From: Eledone cirrhosa
Taxonomy: Eukaryota
Length of the DNA: 64,000 bases
Assembly (NCBI GenBank): GCA_964016885.1
Contig: OZ024740.1
Coordinates: forward strand, 36,580,001-36,644,000
Direction of reading: 5' to 3'
Shown here: positions 13,691 through 28,878 of the stretch, piece after piece
Layout of the letters: each line of letters starts with the position of its first letter
Numbering within the stretch: the stretch's first letter is position 1
The notes under the pieces: model-generated
Database searches by the model: none
Seen by the model: only the letters and a program-made list of their open reading frames with translations
What the model was told of the DNA's origin: nothing
Made by a program: the position numbers and the translations under genes

Positions 13691-13989
13691 ATTTGCATAT
13701 ATACTCCTAGTAAATAGGGCAGGCATTAACTTTTTAAGGTCACAGAGATATAAGCTGTGGAGTTAAGAGGTTTTTTTTTTTTACAGGAAAACCATTATGG
13801 TATGGTAAGCGCATATAGCGATGAGGAGAGGTAGAGTAAGCTGCTATGAGTGGGAAGTGTGTAAGAAGAAACAGTATCAATCACTAAGAATACACGTGCC
13901 AAACAGTCAGTCTTTGTGTGGTCGTTTAAACTGCTAGAGATAGCTAAGGTAGTCATAAATGGAACGTCTTTGAGTATATATATGTAAAT

Positions 13990-14305
13990 ATGTGAAGGCG
14001 CGTGGCTTAGTGGTTAGGGTGTTCGGGCTCAGGATCGTAAGGTCATAAGTTCGATTCCAACAGCGCGTTGTGTCCTTGAGCAAGACACTTTATTTCATGT
14101 TGCTACAGTTCACTCTGCTGGCAAAAATGTGTTGCGCCTGTAAATTCGAAAGGCCAGCATTGTCTCATTCTATGTTACGCTGAATCTCCCTGAGAACTAT
14201 GTTAAGAACACGCATGTCTGTGGAATACTCAGCCACCTTAATTCCATGAGTTGGTTGTTCCGTTGATAGTATCAACTGGTACCTCACCGTCGTAACCGAC
14301 AGTGT
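13990..14305 (+). mobile_element. tRNA-derived SINE with a CORE/Meta-like central domain
   Basis: A box TGGCTTAGTGG, B box GTTCGATTC, then GTGTCCTTGAGCAAGACACTT. Confidence 0.8.
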
Positions 14306-14426
14306 ACTAGTTTTATATGCAAATATGCACGTGTATAAGACTTTGTGTTTTTGCATATCTGTGTTGTTTGTCTTGTCTACTCTCGACGAACTATATACAT
14401 ACACACACACACGCATACACACACAT

Positions 14427-14943
<517 letters not shown>

Positions 14944-15089
14944 GTGTATAGTGATCCATACAAGGACCATGACTCGAGCTACATGCCGGCGAAACATTTG
15001 TAACACGAAATAAACTAAGTCCAGATGCATCACTGATTTTTCGTTTCCTTTATAATTTCTATCTATCTATCTATATATATATATATATA

Positions 15090-18022
15090 TGGTTTGGTAC
15101 ATCTGAAGTAATTGGCTGGTTCAACAACCTGAATAAGAAACACAAACAAAAATGTATTCAATTTGATATTGCCAGCTACTATTCTTCTATTTCGCCTTCA
15201 CTTCTCAACAATGCTCTATCTTTCGCATTTAAATATTCTGACATCACCACATATGAACTTCACATCATTCTCACCGCAAGAAAAACCATCTTAGAATTCA
15301 ACAATGAACACTGGACTAGAGCCGATACGTCCAACAACTTTGATATCACAATGGATGCTTCCGATTCATCGCAATTGACTGACTTGATTGGTATTTTTAT
15401 TTTGAATTCTTTAAATCGGAAAATTCCTCAACTTCGCGGTGGAATTTATCGTGACGATGGACTTTTTACTATCTTAAATTGCAACTTAGTTAACCTTAAT
15501 ATTATTAAGAACAATATACATGATCTCTTTAAGCAACATAACCTTAAAATTGAATTTTATAACAACGTCATACTAGCTAACTTCTTGGATATATCCCTTA
15601 ATCTTGACACTGGCCTATATTACCCTTACCATAAAAACAATGAGAATCTAAATTATGTTCATTTTAAATCTAACCACCCCACTAACATTAAAAATGCTAT
15701 AGTCAGTAATATTGGAAAAAGAATATCAAACCTATCCTGTAATAAAAATATCTTCGATGCTAACGCCAATTACTATAATAATGCGCTTTCTAAAGCCGGT
15801 TATCCTGATAAAATTAAATACAGTAAAGAAACCAATCCTAGGGGGTCTTACAGTAAAATAATAAATTATGATCATTCCAATAACTTAAATAAAAGACCTA
15901 GATACAAAACTATAATATAATGCTCCTTTCTCTATTTCTATTAATAATAATATTCCTAAACTATTCTTTAGGGCCTTAGATAAATGCTTCCCTCCCTCAC
16001 ATATCTATAGTAAAATCTTTAACAAACATACAATAAAATTTTCTTATTCCACCTCTTCCAACATCTCTAACATTATCTCTAAACACAACAATAAAATATT
16101 AAATATTAAATCCCATCCTTCCAACACTGAGCGTCATAATAATAGCAATAGTACTCCCGACGTCATTGTTAACTCTAGGCTAGATTCTGTAAACTCAAAT
16201 ACGACGTCAAACGTAACTTCGTTGAATGTTCATAATACCAATCTAAATCAGGAAACTATTATTCCTATCGTAAATAACTTCTCCAATCCAATTCCTCCTA
16301 TAAATAACACTAGGTCACTTGTTAATAACTCTGTTAATTTCTCTAATCGTAATTGTAATTGCCCTGTTAGAACTAAATGTCCTCTCAATAACCATTGTCT
16401 TGATAAAAACTTAGTCTATGAATGTAAGGTTATAACTGATACCAATTCCTTTACCTATTTCGGTTCCACTTCCACCTCCTTCAAAGCTAGATTTTATAAT
16501 CACAATTCGTCTTTTAAATACCAACTTAAAAGAACTAACACGGCACTCTCAGAACTCATATGGTCCTTGAAAGACAATAATATTAACTATAACATCTCTT
16601 GGAGAAAAGTTTGTTCTGCCTCTCCCTACTTGAATGCCTCCCTATCCAGAACATGTAATCTTTGCCTAGCTGAGAAAATTACCATTATATATAATTTCAA
16701 TTCTATTATAAATAGATTTATTTTCTCTCTGCCTGCATAAATTCCACAGAACATTCCATAAAGTATACAGCTAATATCTAATACCTTACTAGTTTAAAAT
16801 CCTTTTTCTCAAACGCTTATATATCTTTTAAAAATATACTCATCTTTCTACCTTATTTCAATATTATTTATCATATATTATATAATACAAGTTACTCATT
16901 CTATATCATTCCTCTTTATCACTTTCCTTTCTTCCTCTTTTCTTTTTAATTTCTAACCACTAATCTGTACTTTTTCTTCCTAACTACTTCTCAATTCTTA
17001 TTATTGCTCACCACAACATTATCCATTCTTCCATCTTTCCTCATATCATTGGCCATAAAAATTATTATTATTTTAATACATTATAGTATTACCTTTAATA
17101 GTCCTTCGTAAACATAAACATTTCTTTTTACGTTAGATTTTTCTTCCTTAAATTTCTTTCATGCTCGTTTGACTTTTACATATTACAATACATAAAAACA
17201 AACTTAAACCCTAACTAATTTCTTTTAATATATTATATTATTACCATTAGAAAATATTTCGTAAACATATATATTTTTTGATGTTAGATATTTTCTTCCT
17301 TAAACATTCTTTTCTTCTTTGCCTTCTGCGTTCATTTTTAACAAGATATTTACGTACACATATTACGCACACATATTACATTACATAAAAACAAATTTAA
17401 ACCCTAACTAATTCCTCTAAATTCATAACTCATTCATTCTGCTCCTTCTTTTCACATTATATCCTTAATAACATTAATATTTTTATTTTAATAATACATA
17501 TTAATAATTTCTTTTCCTTGCACATATTATTAAACCCTTCAATATACAAACCTTATTTTAATATTATTCTTAATTCCTTTTTCTCTCCATGCATAAACAT
17601 CATTAACTTTTAACTTCAAATTCTTTTAAAGTATCTATTAACTTCCAACGGCTTTTTAACTTCTCTCTGTGAGACAATATTTTTTTTTCTCAGTTGTAAA
17701 GGCTATCTCTCTCTCTATCACCCATCTCTCCTCCTCTCTCATCCTTCCTTCTTATACTCCCCCCCCCCACCATTCTTTACTATCATCTCCTCCTCTTCCT
17801 CCCTTTTCCAACCCACCTCACTTTTTCCCAATCTCATACATCAATCTTAAATTATTTTTCATATGTTGATTTAAAACTTCACTATTCACAACTGTTTCTT
17901 AAGCTTCATATCATGTATCCCTATTTTATCTGATGGGAACGCAGATATCATCCCATGATGATATTTGTTTTTGAAATGCGCATAATAAAATACTTCGAAC
18001 TCTTTTAACCATCTTTTGATCT

Positions 18023-18030
<8 letters not shown>
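15090..18030 (+). mobile_element. 5'-truncated Penelope-like element (Neptune-like): RT + Cys-rich linker + GIY-YIG endonuclease, long AT-rich 3' region
   Basis: Open frame 15090-15920 (QFDIASYY, IYRDDG, FLDI, SNHP); frameshift to 15916-16740 (CNC..CPL..C, NLVY..TYFG, FKARFYNH, CNLC); flanked by (TA)n. Confidence 0.88.
17922..17992 (+). ncRNA. Hammerhead ribozyme in PLE 3' pseudo-LTR (A9G variant)
   Basis: TATTTTAT-CTGATGG-stem II-GAAA-TGCGCA-TA-ATAAAATA; perfect 8 bp stem I. Confidence 0.7.
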
Positions 18031-18055
<25 letters not shown>

Positions 18056-18056
18056 A

Positions 18057-18093
<37 letters not shown>

Positions 18094-18863
18094 TTATATA
18101 TATATATATATATTATAATTGAATATAAAAGAGAGATAAATACAGATATATAGATATATGTGTTCAAATCGTAAGGGACCAGGTTCGCTAGGGTGAAAAA
18201 AATACTAACTATAACCAATAGAGTTTGCTAGACTCAATTTAAAAGAATACAAACCGATATGGGGTAACTACCAAACACCCAGACAGCTTTTGGTAAAACT
18301 GTTTCGTAATTTAAGTGAAGAAGATTACCAATTCTTTGCTCTTCAGTGGGTGTAAAATTAGTAAACTCTTCACTTCTAAGTATCTCAGAGGATTGAATAG
18401 TGTATGTATATAAAATAACGCACATAGCATCAGAACCTAGCGTGTCTCATAAACGTATACTACTAAAAATAGCAGCCAAGTTTACTCAACATTTAAGTTA
18501 GCTCAACAAATTGAAGGAGCCGAATATATCAAAGGTATATATTGAATTAGAAACTCAAAATAGTCTCTTACAATTAAATAGCTCAAGGAAAGTGATTTTT
18601 CTGAGCCGTATATTATAATTAATTCGGCTCCTTCAATTTGTTGAGCTAACTTATATATATATATAGTTTGAGAATATATATATCAATACATTAGTAAAGT
18701 GTGAGTATCATTGTTTAATATAGAAATGGCTTCTACAGTACTAGAACTGTTTCATTTGAAATTCATATATATGTTGGTTTTCTCGTTGCTTCGGTGTCGT
18801 GGCTGGATCTGCCTGCCACAGTTTTCAATTTGTCATGCCGTCTAACGAATGTTATTACTCTCT

Positions 18864-18955
18864 TTGCCTTTCATCCTTACGGGGTCGATAAAATAAAGTA
18901 CCAGTAATGTACTGGAATAATTGCTGACCCTGTGCCAAAAGTAGAAACAGTTATT
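18864..18955 (+). mobile_element. Partial Nin/Deu-domain-like SINE
   Basis: GCCTTTCATCCTTACGGGGTCGATAAAATAAAGTACCAG; same family as 36585-36775. Confidence 0.7.
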
Positions 18956-19049
18956 ACTCTGAGACTCCTCATCGAGTGTTTGGCAGCACATTCCTCGTTG
19001 TATCTCGTTTGCTTGGCTACTGCCGAAGCTTCGATTTTACCAAACATTC

Positions 19050-19135
<86 letters not shown>

Positions 19136-19324
19136 GTGTGTGTGTGTTGTCTTCATTCCTTTCAACTTATGTTTTACTTTTCTTTGTATTTTAATTTGTT
19201 ATTCCTGAAGAGGTAGAGAAAGGAAGTACACGGGATGAGTTATTACAAACTTCTGGTCCTTGTATTGAATTTTAATAATTATTCATTTTCTGTCCGATGT
19301 TGATTAAAAAATATTTGCAATTAC

Positions 19325-19455
19325 AGGTACTTTATTTATCGACCCCGTAAGGATGAAAGCAAAATTAATTTGAACTCAGACCATAAAGGCGCGCAACTCT
19401 ATGCTGCAAAGCATGGCGTCCGACCTCCTACCGATACTGCCAATCCCTCGCCCTG
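19325..19455 (-). mobile_element. Nin/Deu-domain-like SINE (5' part)
   Basis: Reverse-complement homolog of 36585-36730. Confidence 0.7.
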
Positions 19456-19777
19456 TTGATTAAATAATAATAATAATAATAATAAAAATGATAATAATTA
19501 AATAAAAGAAAATAAAAAGGAAAAAAAAAGGAAACAAGGAAAAGAAAAAAAGAGAGAATTAAGCAAGGAAGGAAAGGGAGAGAGACGAGCAGGGAGGGAC
19601 ATATTTTACACTCCTGGGTGGTGATTCGGCCACCATGTCTCGCAGATAAAAGGTCGAAGGCGTTGCCATGGAGACAGTGACACTCGCTGCAACAGCTCCT
19701 TCCTCAGATGGGTTGCTGTCTTTCTGAATTTGTGTATCTTCTTCTTCTGAGTTTCATTGGGTCTTACTCAGTGTTGA

Positions 19778-19829
19778 ATAACAACAACAACAGCAACAAG
19801 AGCAGCAACAACAACAACAAGAGCAGCAA

Positions 19830-19860
<31 letters not shown>

Positions 19861-20250
19861 AACAGCAGCAACAACAATAACAGCAACAGCGACGACAACA
19901 ACAACAACAACAACAACAACAACAGCAAAAACAACAGCAACAACAACAACAACAACAAGAACAGCAACAAAAACAACACCAACACCAGCAACAACAACAA
20001 CAACAGCAACAACAACAACAACAGCAGCAACGACAACAACAACAACAGCAACAACCACAACAACAACAGCAACAACAGCAACAAGTACAGCAACAATAAC
20101 AATAACAACAACAAAAACAACAACAACAGCAACACCAACAACAACAACCACATACAACAACAACAGCAACAACAACAGCAACAACAGCAACAACAAAAGC
20201 AACAACAACAACAACAACAACAACAGCAACAACAGCAACAACAAAAGCAA

Positions 20251-20291
<41 letters not shown>

Positions 20292-20319
20292 GCAACACCA
20301 ACAGCAACAACAACAACAA

Positions 20320-20350
<31 letters not shown>

Positions 20351-20621
20351 AACAACAACCACACCAAGAGCAACAGCAACAGCAACAACAACAACAACAA
20401 CAACAGCAACAACCACAACAACAACAGCAACAACAGCAACAAGTACAGCAACAATAACAACAACAACAACACCAACAACAACAACCACATACAACAACAA
20501 CAGCAACAACAACAGCAACAACAGCAACAACAAAAGCAACAACAACAACAACCACAACAACAACAACAACAACAACAACAAAAGCAACAACAAAAGCAAC
20601 AACAAAAGCAACAACAACAGC

Positions 20622-20655
<34 letters not shown>

Positions 20656-20821
20656 CCAACAGCAACAACAACAACAATAACAACACCAACAGCAACAACA
20701 ACAACAATAACAACAACAGCAACAACAGCAACAACAGAAACAACAGCAACAACAACAACAACAACAGCAGCAGCAGCAACAACAACAACAACCACACCAA
20801 GAGCAACAGCAACAGCAACAA

Positions 20822-20852
<31 letters not shown>

Positions 20853-21364
20853 AATAACACCACCACCACCAACAACAACAACAACAACAACAGCAACAAT
20901 AACAACAGCAACACCACCAACAACAACAACAACAGCAGCAATAGCAACAACAACAATAACAACAACAACAACAACAGCAACATCACCAACAACAATAACA
21001 ACAACAACAACAATAACAACACCAACACCAACAACAACAACTGCAACAACCATAACAATAACAACACCAACAACAACAACAGCAGCAATAGCACAACAAC
21101 AATAACAACAACAACAACAACAGCAACACCACCAACAACAATAACAACAACAACAACATGGATGTAACGATCTTTATCTATAATTCCCTGTGTCGTCTTC
21201 ATACGGGGTCGATAAAATAAAGTACCAGTAATACACTGCGCTTGTGGCAAAAGTAGAAACGATTATTACCAAGTAGTATTGGTGGAAAACAAGAGAAACA
21301 TATTACAACAGGAATAACAACAGTAGCAGCAGTAGTATGGTGGTGGTAGTAGTGGTGGTAGTAT

Positions 21365-21449
<85 letters not shown>

Positions 21450-21482
21450 GGTGGTAGTAGTCGTGGTAGTGGTGGTGGTAGC

Positions 21483-21535
<53 letters not shown>

Positions 21536-21599
21536 CAGTAGTGGTGGTGGTAGTAGTAGTGGCAGTAGTAGTAATAGTAGTAGTAGTCGTAGTAGTGGC

Positions 21600-21654
<55 letters not shown>

Positions 21655-21663
21655 CTAGTGGCA

Positions 21664-21699
<36 letters not shown>

Positions 21700-22609
21700 G
21701 TAGTGGTGGTGATGGTAGTAGCAGCAACAACAGCAACAAAGGCAACAACAACAACAGCAACAACAACAACAACACCAACAACAGCAACAACAACAGCCAC
21801 AACAACAACAACAAAAATAGCAGCAACAACAGCAACAACAACAACAACAACAACAGCACCAATAACAACAACAGCAACAGCAACAACGGCAACAACAACA
21901 GCAACAAAAACAACAACAACAATAGCAACAACAACAACAACAACAGCAACAACAACAACAACAGCAGCAGCAACACCAACAACAACAAGAGCAACACCAA
22001 CAACAACAGCAACTACAGCAGGAACAGCAACCACACCAAGAGCAACAGCAACAGCAACAACAACAATAACAACACCAACAACAGCAACAAGAACAACACC
22101 AACAACAACAACAACAACAGCAACAACAGCAACAACACCAACAGCAACAACACCAACACCAGCACCAACAACAACAACAATAGCAACAACAACAACCACA
22201 ACAAATGCAACACCAACAAAAACAACAACAACAACAACAGCAGCAGCAGCAGCAACAACAGCAACAGCAACAGCAACAACAACAGCAGCAATAGCAACAA
22301 CAACAATAACAACAACAACAACAACAATAACAACAACAACAACAGCAACACCACCAACAACAATAACAACAACAACAACATGGATGTAACGATCTTTATC
22401 TATAATTCCCTGTGTCGTCTTCATACGGGGTCGATAAAATAAAGTACCAGTAATACACTGCGCTTGTGGCAAAAGTAGAAACGATTATTACCAAGTAGTA
22501 TTGGTGGAAAACAAGAGAAACATATTACAACAGGAATAACAACAGTAGCAGCAGTAGTATGGTGGTGGTAGTAGTGGTGATAGTATTAGTAGTAGTAGTA
22601 GTAGTAGTA

Positions 22610-22662
<53 letters not shown>

Positions 22663-22683
22663 CGTGGTAGTGGTGGTGGTAGC

Positions 22684-22736
<53 letters not shown>

Positions 22737-22839
22737 CAGTAGTGGTGGTGGTAGTAGTAGTGGCAGTAGTAGTAATAGTAGTAGTAGTCGTAGTAGTGGC
22801 AGTAGTAGTAGTAGTAGTAGTAGTATGGTGGTGGTAGTA

Positions 22840-22888
<49 letters not shown>

Positions 22889-22902
22889 CAGTAGCAGTAG
22901 CG

Positions 22903-22951
<49 letters not shown>

Positions 22952-22959
22952 CTGTAGCG

Positions 22960-23011
<52 letters not shown>

Positions 23012-23028
23012 CAGCAGCAGTAGTAGTG

Positions 23029-23094
<66 letters not shown>

Positions 23095-23103
23095 CCTGTA
23101 GCG

Positions 23104-23143
<40 letters not shown>

Positions 23144-23153
23144 CAGCAGCAGC

Positions 23154-23200
<47 letters not shown>

Positions 23201-23229
23201 CAGCAGTAGTAGTGGTGGTGGTAGTAGTG

Positions 23230-23266
<37 letters not shown>

Positions 23267-23301
23267 CAGTAGTGGTGGTGGTAGTAGTAGTAGTAGCAGA
23301 G

Positions 23302-23375
<74 letters not shown>

Positions 23376-23421
23376 TATAGTAGCAGTAGTAGTAGCAGTG
23401 GTAGTAGTAGTAGTAGTGGCG

Positions 23422-23464
<43 letters not shown>

Positions 23465-23502
23465 CAGTAGCAGCAGCAGTAGTGGTGGTGGTGGTAGTAG
23501 TG

Positions 23503-23554
<52 letters not shown>

Positions 23555-23589
23555 CAGTAGTGGTGGTGGTAGTAGTAGTAGTAGCAGAG

Positions 23590-23647
<58 letters not shown>

Positions 23648-26090
23648 CAGTAGTAGTAGCAGTAGTATCTGTTGTAGTAGTAGTAGTAGTAGCTGCAGTA
23701 GTGTTAGCAACAAGCTACACCAACAGCGACGTCAAAGATGACAGACTGTGATGGATGAGGTGGTGGCGGGGTGGTGGTGTACTTGTAGTGATGATGGTGG
23801 TGGTGATAGTGATGGTGGTGATAGTGATGGTGGTGGTAGTGATGGTGGTGGTGTTGTTATTGGTGTTGTTGGTAGTGATGATGTTGTTGATAGTGGTGGT
23901 GGTAGTGATGGTAGTGATGATTGTGTTGATGGTGTTTTGTGGGTGGTGACGGTGGTGGTAGTGATGATGGTGTTGATGGTGGTGGTGGTGGTAGTGGTAG
24001 TGTTGATGGTGTTGATGGTGGTGGTGGTGGAGTGATTATGGTGTTGATGGTGGTGGTGGTGGTAGTGGTAGTGTTGATGGTGTTGATGGTGGTGGTGGTG
24101 TAGTGATGATGATGTTCATGGTGCTGTTGGTGGTAGTGATGATGGTGTTGATGGTGGTGGTTGTGGTAGTGGTAGTGTTGATGGTGTTGATGGTGTTGAT
24201 GGTGGTGGTGGTGGTGGTAGTGTTGATGGTGGTGGTGGTGGTGGTGATGGTGTTGATGGTGGTGGTGGTGGTGCTGATGGTGTTGATGGTGGTGGTGGTG
24301 GTAGTGATGATGGAGGTGGTTGTGGTAGTGGTAGTGATGATGGTGTTGATGGTGTTGATGGTGGTGTTGGTGGTAGTGTTGATGGTGGTGGTGGTGGTGG
24401 TGATGGTGGTAGTGATGATGTTGTTGATGGCGGTGGAGGTTGTACTGATGATGGAGTTGATGGTGGTGGTGGTGGTGGTGATGATGGTGGTGATGGTGGT
24501 GGTGGACGTAGTGATGATGGTGTTGATGGTGGTGGTGGTGGTAGTGATGATGGTGGTGGTGGTGGTGGTGGAGGTAGTGATGATGGTGTTGATGGTGGTG
24601 GTGGTGGTGGTAGTGTTGATGGTGTTGATGGCTGAGGTGGTGGTAGTGATAATGGAGTTGATGGTGGTGGTGTTGGTAGTAGTATTGATGGTGTTGATGG
24701 TAGTGGTGGTGGTGGTGGTAGTGACGATGGCGTTGATGGTGGTGGTGGTAGTGATGATGGTTTTGATGGTGGTATTGATGATGGTGTTGATGGTGTGGTG
24801 GTGGTGGTAGTGATGATGACGTTGAAGGTGTGGTGGTGGTGGTAGTGATGATGGTGTTGATGGTGGTGGTGGTCGTGGTAGTGATGTTGGTGTCGATGGT
24901 TGTGGTGATGGTGGTAGTGGTGATGGTGTTGATGTTAATGGTGGTGGTGGTAGTGAAGATGGTGTTGATGGTGGTGGTGGTGGTGGTAGTGTTGATGGTG
25001 TTGATGGTGGTGATGGTAGTGGTCGTGGTGGTAGTGATGATGGTGTTGATGGTCTGGTGGTGGTATTGATGATGTTTTTCATGGTGGTGGTAGTGTTGAT
25101 GGTGTTGATGGTGGTGGTGGTAGTAGTGTTGATGGTGATGATGGTGGTGCTGGTGGTAGTGTTGATGGTGTAGATGGAGGTGGTGGTAGTGATGATGATG
25201 TTGATGGTGGTGGTGGTGGAAGTGTTGATGTCGTTGATGGTGGTGGTGGTGGTGGTGGTAGTGTTGATGGTGTGGATGGTGCTGGTAGTGATGATGGTGT
25301 TGATGGTGGTGGTGATGGTAGTGTTGATGGTGTTGATGATGGTGGTGGTGGTAGTAATGATGGTGTTGATGGTGGTGGTGGTGGTGGCGGTGGTGGTGGT
25401 AGTGTTGATTGTGTTGATGGTGTTGGTGGTGGTGGTGATGGTGGTGCTGATGGTGTTGATGGTGATGGTGGTGATATTGTTCATAGTGTTGATGGTGTTG
25501 ATGGTAGTGATGATGGTGTTGATGGTGGTGGTGATGGTAGTGTTGATGGTGTTGATGGTAGTGGTGGTGGTAGTAATGATGGTGTTGATGGTGGTAGTGG
25601 TGGTGGTGGTATTGTTGATGGTGTTGATCGTGGTGGTGGTGGTAGTGATGATGGTGTTGATGGTTGGAGGTGGAGGTAGTGATGATGGTGTTGATGGTGG
25701 TGATGGTGGTGGTGGTAGTGATGATGGTGGTGATGGTGGTACTGATGATGGTGGTGCTGTTCGTGGTGGTGGTGGTGATGGTTTTGATGGTGGTGGTGGT
25801 GGTGGAAGTGTTGATGGTGTTGATAGTGGTGGTGGTGGTAATGATGATGGTGTTGATGGTGATGGTGGCAGTGATGATGGTGTTGATGGTGTTGGTGGTG
25901 GTAGTGTTGATGGTGTTGATGGTGGTGATGGTAGTGATGATGGTGTTGATGGTGGTGGTGGTGGTAGTTATGATGGTGTTAATGCTAGTGGTGGTGGTAG
26001 TGATGATGGGGTGATGGTGGTGGTTGTGGTAGTAGTGTTGATGGTGGTGGTGGTGGTGGTGGTGGTGGTGGTGGTGGTGGTGGTAGTCGG
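19778..26090. repeat. Compound trinucleotide field: (AAC/AGC)n, (GTA)n, (GGT/GAT)n
   Basis: Seen directly; includes a ~1222 bp tandem duplication carrying a SINE fragment. Confidence 0.95.
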
Positions 26091-28749
26091 TTAGCAGCGA
26101 GAAGTGGCGCTCCTTTCGTCGGACTGAACAGTGATGTCAGTGGCTTGTGGTCAGTTACGAGTATAAACTAATGTCCGTACAGATACTGATAGAACTTCTG
26201 CAAGCCAAATATGATGGCCAGAGCTTCCTTTAGAATTTGACCGTAGTTACGCTGTGCAGAAGTAAGAGTCTTGGACACATTGGATATTGGGCGCTCGCTT
26301 CCATCAAGATAGCGATGAAACAGGACTGCTCCAATTCCAACGTTTGACGCGTCGCAAGCCAGTCCCAAAGTTTTGTTTGGATCTAAGTGTATCAGAACTC
26401 GATCCGATGAAAGCACATTTTTCAACTGATCGAAAGCTGACTGTTCTTCATCTCCCCACTTCCAAGTAGTCGTTTTTTTCGTAAGGCAATAGAGTGGCTC
26501 TGCCATGCTGGCCAGGTTTGGGATAAACTTTCCATAGAACTGAACTGAACCCAGGAAAGACTTCAAGCTTGAGACGTTCGTTGGAGGTGGCATCTTTAAA
26601 ACTGCTTCGACCTTGGATCCCTTCGCGATCCCTTCAGCCGACAAGGTGTGTCCAAGGTATTCCACACTGGGTAGTACACACTGGCACTTGTCACGGCGAC
26701 ATCTGAGTCTTTTGTCGCACAGACGTGTGAGCAGACACTTTAGGTTGTTCAGGTGATCGTTTGCATCTTTCCCACTGACGAGCATGTCGTCCTGGAAGAC
26801 AGCCACACCAGGTAGATCTTGAGTCAGGTTTTCCATGATCTCCTGAAAGTAACCAGGTGCTGACTTGATTCCGGTGAGTGCTGAGTGCAGGCTTGCGTTG
26901 ACTTTCTGGAGCCAGCTTGATCTGATTATAGGCATCAGCAAGATCAATCTTTGTGTATCCGAATCCACCTCCGAGCTTCTGGATCAGTTCCTCTGGGAGT
27001 AGCATTGGATGACGATGATCTGCAAGTTGGTCATTAATTCCCACAGAGTAGTCACCACAAATCCGTAGTTTGGGCTTCAGGTTGCCTGAAGTATGTGCTT
27101 TACGAATCGGTACCACTGGCGTTCCGTATTTGTTGAACTGTACTGGCTTCCAGATTCCTTTGGCGATGCCTTCTTCGTAACCTTTGGCCAGGTCATCACG
27201 AAGAGCAAACGGGACCGGGCGTGCCTTGCGAAAGACCGGTGTCGCGTCCGACTTGAACTCCACTTCCAGTTCGAAGTCATTAAGACATCCCAATTCTTGC
27301 TTGAAGAGATCTGGGAATTCATCACACATGTTGTGACAATCTCGTTGCATGGAAATATAGGGCTCATTTGACGTCTTTGGATGCAGCACTTCTGCACCCT
27401 AACTCTTGGCCTGGCTGTCTATGCTTTTCAATCCTAGAGCATTGTCCACGGAAATTCCCAGAGTCTGGATAGCGTTTCGTCCCAGCAAATTAAGATCAGG
27501 GATCTTGGTGACGATGTAGGGTATTGAATTCCGTTTACCGGTCGTTGGATCCTTGGTTTGGCCCATGAAATTTCCCAGAACGGGCAGGTCGTGCTTGCTG
27601 GCAGATTCAAACCGATGTTTGACATCTTGCAGCTTCGGTTTTCCTAATTGTTTCCAAACTGACAAGGAAACAAAATTGCCTGTAGTAGCTGTGTCCAATT
27701 CCATTGTGAAAAGTCTGTTCTGGATTGTTATTGGCACATTCAAACTATGAGTATCGTGGGGAACTTCACCAAGGATCGCCTTGACTAGCTCAGCTTTCGT
27801 GATTCTTTTCACGTAATTCTGTGAGCGATGATTACGTTGCTGATGTTGTTTTCTACACACCGCTTGCAAATGTCCCTTTTTGTCACAAAAATGACATTTG
27901 GCTTCTTTGAAGGGGCAGTCTGTCGCTTTGTGGGCCTTTCCACATCGATAGCACATCTCCTGGTCTGTGGAATAAGACTGCTGATGGTTCTTTCGAGGAC
28001 CCTTGTTCTTGTTCTGCTGGACCTTGTAAACTTGCTTGGTTTTGGAACCGTAAACAGTTTCCTTGCCAACCTTTGCTGCGTCTTCGGTCCCGATGGCAAC
28101 TTGGACAGCACGGGCGAAATCTAGTTCTGTATCCTTGAACTTGAAAATAGCCTTCAACACAGCTTTATTATTGACAGAACATATAAATCTCTGTCTTAGA
28201 GCTTCATCTTGTGGGTTTGTGATCGAAGGAAAATCACAGGTAGCTGCATCCTGACGTATACGTGCTGCCAGCTCCTGGAGAGTTTTGCCTGGCTTCCGTT
28301 GCATGTCACTCCAGAACTTGAAACGTTCTCTCACAATGAAAAGTTTTGGGTCGAACTGTTCTTTCATGAAGTCAACAATTTCGTCCATTGTCAACTTGTT
28401 GATATCCTTAGGCGGATTTAGTTGAGCAGCCAGATTTGCAAGTTGTTTGTAGATAGCAGCCGTCTGATTAGTCAGGAACACTTGTGCCATGCGTTGCTCG
28501 GGTACAGCGTTAGCAGCCACAAACGTGCAGAATCTTGACCAGTAATCGGGCCATAGTTCTGTTGTTGAATCAAAAGCAGCAAATGGTGGGATAAATGCTG
28601 TTGGTGTCGAAGCAACTGGCGACGCCAATAAACTCTGTTGTTCAGAATCTCGAGCACCAAACAGTTTTATCAGAGTGTCCATATCTTTCTTGCGTTGTTG
28701 CATTTGTTGTTCCTGTTGTTGCGCCATGTTTTTATGATAAACAATTTCC

Positions 28750-28859
28750 CGGCAATGTAGCTAAATCCTATCGGCAATGCAGGTAAATCCTATCGGCAAT
28801 GTAGGTAAATCCTATCGGCAATGTAGGTAAATCCTACGGGCAATGTAGGTAAATCATAT
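28750..28859. repeat. 5 x 22 bp tandem repeat in the Gypsy leader
   Basis: Unit CGGCAATGTAGGTAAATCCTAT. Confidence 0.9.
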
Positions 28860-28878
28860 CGTCGACGCCAATAAACTC

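Noticed and set aside
13995-14065. tRNA gene
   Set aside because: A/B boxes belong to a SINE head; no complete cloverleaf
28750-28859. CRISPR-like appearance of the 22-bp repeats
   Set aside because: No spacers, eukaryotic retrotransposon leader, no cas genes
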